Made by a program: the position numbers and the translations under genes. Shown one piece after another: positions 55,501-64,000 of a stretch of DNA of 64,000 nucleotides (the first letter of the stretch is position 1; the number at the start of each line of letters is the position of its first letter). Under the pieces are notes generated by a model. It was not told where the DNA came from, did no database searches, and worked only from the letters and a program-made list of their open reading frames with translations. Origin of the DNA: Tubiluchus corallicola (Eukaryota > Animalia > Priapulida); assembly GCA_030141605.1 (NCBI GenBank), contig JAQGDQ010000001.1, forward strand, positions 558,001-622,000, read 5' to 3'.

Positions 55501-58500
55501 ACCCTTACACAGAAAAGTATGATGGAAGCAGTACAATTAGACCCACCACCAAAGACTTGCAGGAACAACAGACACTTACAAAAGATGTGATGGTTACTGC
55601 TTTGTTCAGAATTTTGGTGGTAAGCTTGTGTCGCTCTAGGGCCTAACTCTGCCACTGCTATCATACTTTTTTGTACACTGCTAGCAGGTACCCTGCATTT
55701 AATGGCCTGCTCAATGCAGTGTTTGCCGTGTGAATGGAGTTGCTCATTATCAAAGATACCCTTTTAAAAATATAAGCTATTAAGCCAGTAGAGGTGTCTG
55801 ACCCAAGTTTGGATAGCTGAAGTTGTGCAGAAGTTTAGACTATAATAATATTAAAAGCAAGTCCGGACAAAGTTGAAGCGTGGTGTTACAGTACACTGAG
55901 TTTTGGCTGTAAAAGTTACAAGTTCATAATTTTAGTATTTTTTAAGTTATGAGCTCAAAACTTTTACATGTTGAAAATTTAAACGTCAGAACAATATCAG
56001 CTAATCGTCAATTGAAAAACAGCCATGTTAGTGTATAAAGCACTGAATACATGGCAGCAAAACAATAAAGAAATTAACCAGTTCACAACACATTCTTCAC
56101 CACAGAAAGCAAAGTACTGATAAAGATAGATTTTGTTGCCAAGAACAAAGGGGTTTTAATCCACTGGATTACAGTAGCTGGAATTTTCTTAAAAAGTAAA
56201 TGTATGATGGCGGCACAAAGCCAAAACCAAATACATTTAAAGAGTAAGAAACTGTTGGAAAAAAGGCGGTCTTCATATCGTTTGTATTGACAATGGCGGA
56301 CACATAGCGCATCTGCTGCACATTTTTACAATAGTAACATACAAATTTTTTTCTGTCGTTTATTTATTTTTGACTTGTGGATTTAAAACTTCTTTATTTT
56401 TGGCAAAATTTAAGGGAATGACCTAAACTTTTTGATGTTTATATAAAAGTGTCTGTAAAATATCAGTGTGGTAATTTTCAATCACTTCCATTATTTTCTT
56501 TTTGTGATGTCGTGATGAAAACTTTGGCAAAACTTTTGTGCCACCCTTATATTTAATCCTCCCCGTCTTTATGGGGCAAACAGTACAGTGAATGGAACAG
56601 CCTAGAGCATGTATCGAATCCAAGTATTAACAAGTCATTCATGCAAAGCACTGCCATGAACCAACCACAATACTACTTTTCTAATGGAAATTCTAAATGG
56701 AGCATTATTATCACCTGAAATATTCTGAAATATTAAGGATTATATGTCCAAAAAGTACCTGGCCATTATTTATATTTTACAGTTATCCCATTGTGCTATC
56801 ATGATAAAGTCAGTCTTAGTATCAGATAATATGAGATTTTTTGACATTACAGGCAGCATCTTTAGTGGATTTCAAGAAGGAAAGATAAATTTCAGACCAA
56901 CATACAAGTACGATCTCGGCATTGACTCCTATGACACTAGTGAAAAGGCTAGAACTCCTGCATACACAGTAAGATATAGTGGAAATTCTAACCAAATTCT
57001 GAAAAGTAATTACATCCAGCTGTACACACAAAAATCATTGCCACTTTTGAATGATTGACTTTATACAATTAATTACAAAATTAATTATGAGTCTCTTTAA
57101 TTTTTACACATATTACCATTAAATTGCCTTTTGTTTTAATAAATTTGTCTTTGTCTAAGTGCATTGCACTTTCACATGCTGGTGCACTGTTGTTGAAAAT
57201 ATGCTAGCACTACTTTATCAATGGCAGCTTAGTAAACATACTAGTCAGACTCCATCCATATCGCCTTATGACCATTCAATAGCAACCGAATGGGGTCTTA
57301 AATCAAGTGGCTGTACAGTAAAATGCTGTAATACATCATTTGTAGAGAGAACTTATTTGCTTTTTCTTAGAATATTTTTATGAATAGTGAATCAGTGATG
57401 TTCTGATCAATTGGTTGCTGATATAGTGAATTCTTATTAGATAATGATGATGATGACGGTGGTGTTGCAACACTCAAACTGAGTCGTGTATCTTCGCTGC
57501 TTGTTGTGTGTTCTCTTATAACTGGTGTGACAAGGTGAAGAAGGCTGCTTGTGCAGGTTTTGTATGGGGTGATACTATCCTTGCACACAGGATAACTGCA
57601 CACACTTGACAAAACTGGCTCGGGACTAATGACAAGGAGAATCAAGATGAACTAGAGTCACTGAAGTTGATGACTTTTCCCAACTATAAACATGAATAAG
57701 AAAGCTCCAAAGTGTTCCACAACACTACATTCGACACCAATGGGACTTACACTATCTAATAGATGAAATATGCTAGAAGGAAATTGGATTGGTATCAGTC
57801 ATAAGTTGCTGTAAAAAACTAAAATATTTTCAAAATGCAAAATAATGACATAAGTAATTTGAAAAATCAATTGTCGGTTCTTGATTTTTGAAAAAAACAG
57901 GGACTGCTCTCGATTTTGTAAAATCAGTAATGGTTATTATCAGTTTCTATGCAAGTATGCGGTTGTTTATCTGACTGGGTTGTTTTTTTGGATCTGAACA
58001 ACACAGACGCTTAATATCACAAAGACATAGTTTTTACAAAATTTCAAAACACTGCAATTTTTGAGAGTCATGCACTAGCACATGACAACAGATTCTGTTT
58101 TGCTTTATTTTAGTCTCAATGAAGACATTTAGTCTAACTATTTCGTCTTGTTTTGCCTTGCACAGTGCTTTGCCAATTCAGGGTGTGCTTAACAAATTTG
58201 AAAAATGCAGACTGGCTTCTCTGCTAGTCATACAGCTATATGCTGGTCACTTTAAGCATTTTTTTCACATTATTACATCTCAAAGTGTTTTAACTAACGT
58301 CCACTGTTATAAATGCCAAGCTAAATTTGTGCAAAATTTTCATTTTACTTTGGTAGGCCTGATCTCGTTTTCAGTTGTTTTATAATGGATCCAATAACTA
58401 TTGTTTACAGTGTACCCATCTGATGATTTTTATGAGTTACTACTACTGAAGAGTGGCTAGTAGTAGCTTCACTAATAAAATTTTGATTGCAGTTTTCACT

Positions 58501-61500
58501 TAATCACAAGTTTCATTATTACAAAGAGAAAAATCTTTGTGTTTATCAGACATCAATCCAGAAATGTGACTACCAGCTGCACTGAAGGTGTCATTGCATT
58601 TTGCAGACACTAGCCCTTATTAAAAATCTATTGAAGGTGGCAGTTCATTAGAAATTAGAACTTACCAATAAACTGTGAGTTGCATTGTTGCAATGATAAA
58701 CATGCAGCTCATTTTACAACAAAGGATTACCATTATGCATGTATTGCGCTTGTTCACATATTTTCATTTAGGTGAAATTAGAATAATAAATACATTCTGT
58801 ATTTCTTGACTCCCACGTAGTGCTAGCCAAAATAAATAATGATTTGCAAACATTAGACAATGGGTAAAAGGTGCAATGTAAGTTATCCAGCTTTTGGTGG
58901 TTTCTGTAAACGATCACTGTTATGATTAGTTGCCTCTATTACGCTTCTTATGCTCCTCATGTAACATGTAAATGTTTGGAAAAATTTTACTTTGGCAAAA
59001 AACATGTAACTTCCAGAATGTAGTTCCAAAAAGCTTTTTCTATCCTAATTAATAAAGTTCATTTATGGTTCGTGTATATTGTTAGATATTTGTGACACAG
59101 TAGTTTGTGCTGACATTTAGTGCTTTTCAGGATCGTATTCTATTCAGATGCAAGAAGAAAAATGCTATCACTTGTTGCCATTATGACACGACGCAAACTT
59201 TTAAATTTTCTGATCACCGTCCAGTTTATGCAGTTTTCAAGTCATCAATCCGTTCTGGACGCGATGAGTAAGATAAAATTACTTATAGAAGAGTGAAACA
59301 AATTTTGATTATAATGACAAACTGTAATTGAGCTATAGTTATATATAGAAATGTGATCATATTAGTTAATTCCTGGTTGCGTCTTATAAACTGGCATTAT
59401 GGATTTCCATTATATTAAACCATGTGAAGTTATAGCACTTAGTGACACTCCCGTTGTGGACTTTGTACATGTTACCGTTCTGCCATGATTCAGAAAACAA
59501 ACTTTTTTGTTTTTTCTTGTTAAATGAAGAAATCCATTTTCTAAACTCTGTTCTTAATCTTCTGTGTTTTCCACCATACTTTTCGACACTGCTGTTTTTC
59601 TCTTCTTTTCTTGCTTTCTCAGAGAATGCTTCTCATAATTTGTTGTCTTTTTCGAAGTACTTTTTTGTTTTGTCTGCCTAACTGCTGGTTTTGTGCTGCA
59701 TCTCTGCCTTCAATTTTATTTCTGTGGACTGTTTTAGTTTAGTGAAAAGAAAAGTTGTTATCCATAAAATGCAAGAGCCGTATTTGAAAGCAGACAAACT
59801 GTACAGTGGTGGCCTCTTGGAAAGTGATTTTGAAAAATGAATCGGTCTAAATCTTCAAAATGTGTAATTTCGTATTTTCTTGCTTTTCCTGCTATATGGA
59901 ATTCAAATACTAAATCAGCAACTGTTTTTTGTTCTTTTTAAACACTAAACTTTGTAACTGTATGTGGTTATTTTCTGCAATGATGGGCGAGCTCCTGTTG
60001 CTCCCTGTGATGCCATGTCTATAGGTAATGTACTCTGATTCTCAATGTCATGAAAAGCAGGCACGACCACCCTATAAACGAGGTGTAACACGTGGTTCTG
60101 GAGTTCTTCAGTGTCAGATAATTTACCACTAGAATCCTGAAGTCGGGCTAAGGATTTGTTGTTTCATACGGGGACACGCGTAACCCGAGCCTAGGAGTCT
60201 TAATAAGCTAGTAATATTCAATGGTAGATAGTATACCAAAACAACTATTAAGCTGTATATAACAGAATTTAATTGATTACTACTTTAATAGATTTTAACA
60301 CAGCTGCTAACAGCCGTGGGTGACATCCATGGATTCATCAACTATGGTTTGCTTCGTCAACAATGGACTGTCCACCATAAACTTCAGTGTGACTTTGGGT
60401 TTGGACGAATCCTCGGACAATGACGGTAACAATAACTACCTCATCAAAGCAAAGCAACATACTCATCATAGATCCGTCAGCACTGTAAACAATGGCTGTT
60501 GACAGAAGAAATAGTGATGTCTACTGCACTATAACGTCGACAATGCTAATTGACATTTCTGACTGTCTTTTCACAGACATGTGAAAGATCAGAAGATGAT
60601 TATTTTACATCACCTTTCAATAACGGCCGACTGACTGCCAGGTTGCACGTCTCAGGCTATAACTGTAAAGTATTTATCTTGTACACTTCATGGGTTTCAC
60701 ATATTTGAAAGAAGCCGTATCGCAGGTATTGCAGAACATAACCACAAGACGAGGGTGGTGTTAGTAGGACTCCTACACTACTACACTAATTAGGCTAACA
60801 ATGCAATACTACTATAGTGACTACTGCAATGCAAGCAAATTACACTAGGAAGTGCTACAGCTATCACTATAAAGAACTTGACTGTGAAATGAAAAGGTGA
60901 CAAACAAGTAAACAAAAATATAGTAAATAATTTATGGTTTGTCACACTCCCCCTCGTCTTTATATGTATAAAAATATGTAAAGATATATATATTTCTTTA
61001 CACCTCTTGGTGTTTCTTTTTATACCGCTTACTTTGGAAAAGTTGGCATTATAACGCGGTGCAATAACACATATATGTATCTGCAAATATGAATGTTTTG
61101 TTTTGCTAGAAACTTGAGCATTAAGCGAGGTTGTTGGCAATATAAATGTAGGCGCTATAGCGAGGCTTGACTGTATGTTTTATATCATATGTATGTATAT
61201 AATATATATAGAGAGAGGTTTCACTATAGTGGGTGTGCGTTAATATATAAAGACAAGGGGTAGTGACTCACCCATCGCTGTAGAAATTTAATTAACAAAA
61301 TAACCGTGTACAGTTACAAAGTGTAGTGTTTAAAAAGAAGAAAACACAGTTGCTGATTTAGTGTTGGAATTCCATGTACAAATCAAAATAAACATACATC
61401 ATATACATATATATATATATATATATACACACATATGAATTGAACATCACAAATGTTAAAAATATACATCTGCATATCACATTCTTTGGAGATATTGGAG

Positions 61501-62434
61501 TTAACACTACACATACAGAGTGACATTAGCATTTACTACATACAGATACTAAACAAACCATTTTATATTTACATTATGCCATACATTTGTCACACGTACA
61601 TTTTTACATGTATTGTACATAATAAAATTGTATTAGAATTATCAAGTAAAAATATTCTGTTATAAAAAAATTTACTAGTCTTTTGATATATTTGACCCTC
61701 TCTTCTGTTTGTTATTATGTGCTAGCTATATGTTACATTACTATTTGCTATAACCATAGTCTGGTATTTCTTTAGTTCTAGATCTACTATCTTTGTAACA
61801 GGATTGCACACGTGCTCATAAGGGCTTTATACTAAAACAAGTAAGAAAATATTGTATTTTTTCTTGCAGTGTTCCACTGGCTGCAGGCATGTTTGAAAGG
61901 GATGTTTACCTTGAAGGTGAGATTTTATCTAATTACTCACTCAAATGAATAACTGATATTTACTATTTTTGAATGCGTTTTCATTTTCTCGCAAGATGCG
62001 AAATATTGAAATGAACATTTTTTTGCCACTTTTCTTACCACAAAAATAGTCTTGCCTTGCACTATTGTTTTATGCATTAGCAAGACTGTTATTTTTGCAA
62101 ATATTGCTGCATCATTATCAGTCGTCCAGTATTCACGGACAACTGTATAGTATATTTTCTCACATGTATGCATTATTATTTCAAAAACCTTTATCACCAT
62201 ATGTATTAAATGATATAGAATAGACATCTAGTGTTACTCATTCTTTCAGCAATGAAACGCAGAGTTAGTGGACAGATTGTGCCTATAACCATACCGCCTT
62301 CACTTGAACTAATTGATGACAAGGATTCTAGCCCATCTGATATGCCAAACAACTCAACTAAAAATGTTGAAGAAGCGATGTCAAAAACTAGTTCCAGTGT
62401 AACAGCGAAATCTGCAATTTGTAGCATACAGTAG
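46572..62434 (+). CDS. INPP5E: Inositol polyphosphate 5-phosphatase E (type IV), about 898 aa
   Basis: Exons 46572-46612, 48296-48325 (tentative), 49229-49359, 49822-49991, 50459-51688, 52516-52613, 52933-53057, 53282-53401, 54367-54465, 55105-55272, 56853-56968, 59131-59267, 61870-61916, 62250-62434. Motifs [44 protein letters not shown] and SDHRPVY; FERDVYL (FDRELYL-type ciliary targeting); terminal CaaX CSIQ. The N-terminal exons are less certain than the catalytic ones. Confidence 0.93.
47145..47900. mobile_element. Second, truncated copy of the MULE-like MITE at 33588-34550
   Basis: Starts ggagataggacatttggg with the same tandem motif; 47540-47660 resembles 34040-34150. Right end not found. 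Confidence 0.6.
53490..54233. mobile_element. pogo-like MITE relic in an INPP5E intron
   Basis: gaatcccggtaatacga at the left vs tcgtattactaggattc at the right; internal tacga repeats. Confidence 0.5.
55810..56552 (+). mobile_element. Internally deleted Tc1/mariner relic, copy 1
   Basis: [12 protein letters not shown] and NGGHI transposase C-terminal remnants; colinear with 62976-63717. Confidence 0.7.
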
Positions 62435-62975
62435 AAATAGTGGGTTAAACAATGCAAACAAATTTTTTGTCACCTAATAATGTGGAAGTCACAATTGTTT
62501 TTCTCTAGTATACTGTTTTTACCTGTGCAACTTTGTATACTTTTTATCACTTTACATTTATCTAGTCATAATATAAGTATAATGTTGTAATTATGTACAG
62601 ATTTTTATAGCACTATATGGATACCCGACATTTGAACTTGATGTTACTATCAATACTATGGTTATTCACACGAGAAATAATCAACATTCACAACACTGTG
62701 TAATTTGAAAAGTTCTTGTTTGAATTGTATTACTGCCAAATAAACTACTTGCCTGCGATTGTATTCTATTCTTACTTATTTTCCACCTAGACATTACTTT
62801 TCTAGGGCTTAATGTACAGTGTTCATAAATTTGCAAGTTTCACATCTTCTAGTCAACATTTCACGAAATTATACTATCTACCAGGTCTGCAACACTACAA
62901 AGCTTGGCATTATAACTGCGCTGGTGGTATAATATGAGAAAAATTAATATCAATGATCTACCATGGAATCCTTTA

Positions 62976-63717
62976 TATTGGGTGGACAGAAAATGTCCAA
63001 AAGTTTTGACTACATTAATATTAGAAGCAAATGCCCTACAAAATTGAAATTTTACAGCCTGATATTACAACACATTTCACTTTTGGCTGCAAAAGTCAAG
63101 TTTACAGTTTTAGTCGTTTTTAAGTCAAGTACGCTAAAAAAATCAAATGCCAGATCAATGTCAGCAAATTATCAGCGGAAACACAGCAACGTTGATAAAT
63201 AAAGCAGTTAATATGTGGCAGCAGAATGATAACCTCTCAACCAACTTACATCATGATCTTCACCACAGAAAATAAAACATTTATAAGACTTGTCAAGAAA
63301 AAATGGATTTAATTTTCTGGGTTACAGTATGCAGAATTCCATTGAAGAGAAACAGCACAGAGCCGGTTGATACAGAGAAGCTAAAAGCAAAAATTCTTAG
63401 TGCTGGAATCAAATCTCCTTTGAAGAAGTGAAAAACTTTGTAAGCTTTTGGAAGGCACTCCTTCGTCCTGTTTGCAGTGAAAATGGTGGACACATTGAGC
63501 ACTTGCTATAAATTTTAACAATAGTAACAAAATTTTTCATGCATTTATTTTTTGACTTGTTTTTCGTATATTTGTTTTTTTTTCTAAGGGAGTAACCTAA
63601 AATTTTTGATGTTTGTATACACAATCGCCCGTAATAGCAGCGTGATAATTTTCAAGCGATTCCACTATTTTCTTATATTGTTATCAAAACTTTGCCATAT
63701 TTTTTGCACTACCCGAT
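62976..63717 (+). mobile_element. Internally deleted Tc1/mariner relic, copy 2
   Basis: Degenerate TIRs ttgggtggacagaaaatgtccaaaagttttga / tcaaaactttgccatattttttgcactacccga, flanked by TA; C-terminal peptide LRPVCSENGGHIEHLL*. Confidence 0.72.
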
Positions 63718-64000
63718 ATCTTAGTTAATATCCTGATGATTTGCTCATAAAAGGCAGTAGTACAAAATTAATGCTTTCCACACAACAGAGTTAGTAAAAT
63801 GCTAGCTACATAAATTAATCATGGAATTATGTTTCTTTTGCAACTTAAGAGCTGTTTGTTTTTGTTTGAAGGTAACAATAATGGCTGTTGTTGCAAAACA
63901 GGATTTCATTGTACATCGAGTAGGTGACACTTTTGTGAATTTGTAGCAGTCTTGTAATGTCAAATGAACTTTTGTAAATGGATTTAAGCAAGGTTGTTAT

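Noticed and set aside
57367-57645. 92-aa antisense ORF in an INPP5E intron
   Set aside because: No ATG start or recognisable motif; it overlaps a (GAT)n tract and is probably repeat-derived.

Overview
AT-rich, intron-rich genomic DNA from an animal, probably an invertebrate (species not determinable). It holds four protein-coding genes rebuilt by hand from GT-AG exon chains. On the minus strand are the 5' part of VPS8 (19 coding exons, running off the left edge), a complete MRE11 (11 coding exons, 673 aa) and an intronless HAUS2-like ORF whose stop codon lies 316 bp upstream of the MRE11 ATG. On the plus strand is INPP5E (about 898 aa, with a ciliary-targeting motif and CaaX box), divergent from HAUS2/MRE11. 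Introns and intergenic DNA are full of transposon relics: a ~2 kb foldback element, hAT, MULE, Harbinger and pogo-type MITEs, Tc1/mariner relics and several LINE fragments. The most striking feature is the HAUS2-MRE11 junction, which shows no canonical poly(A) signal or evident promoter and suggests a bicistronic, shared-leader or trans-spliced unit. Family assignments come from motif recognition, not database searches.
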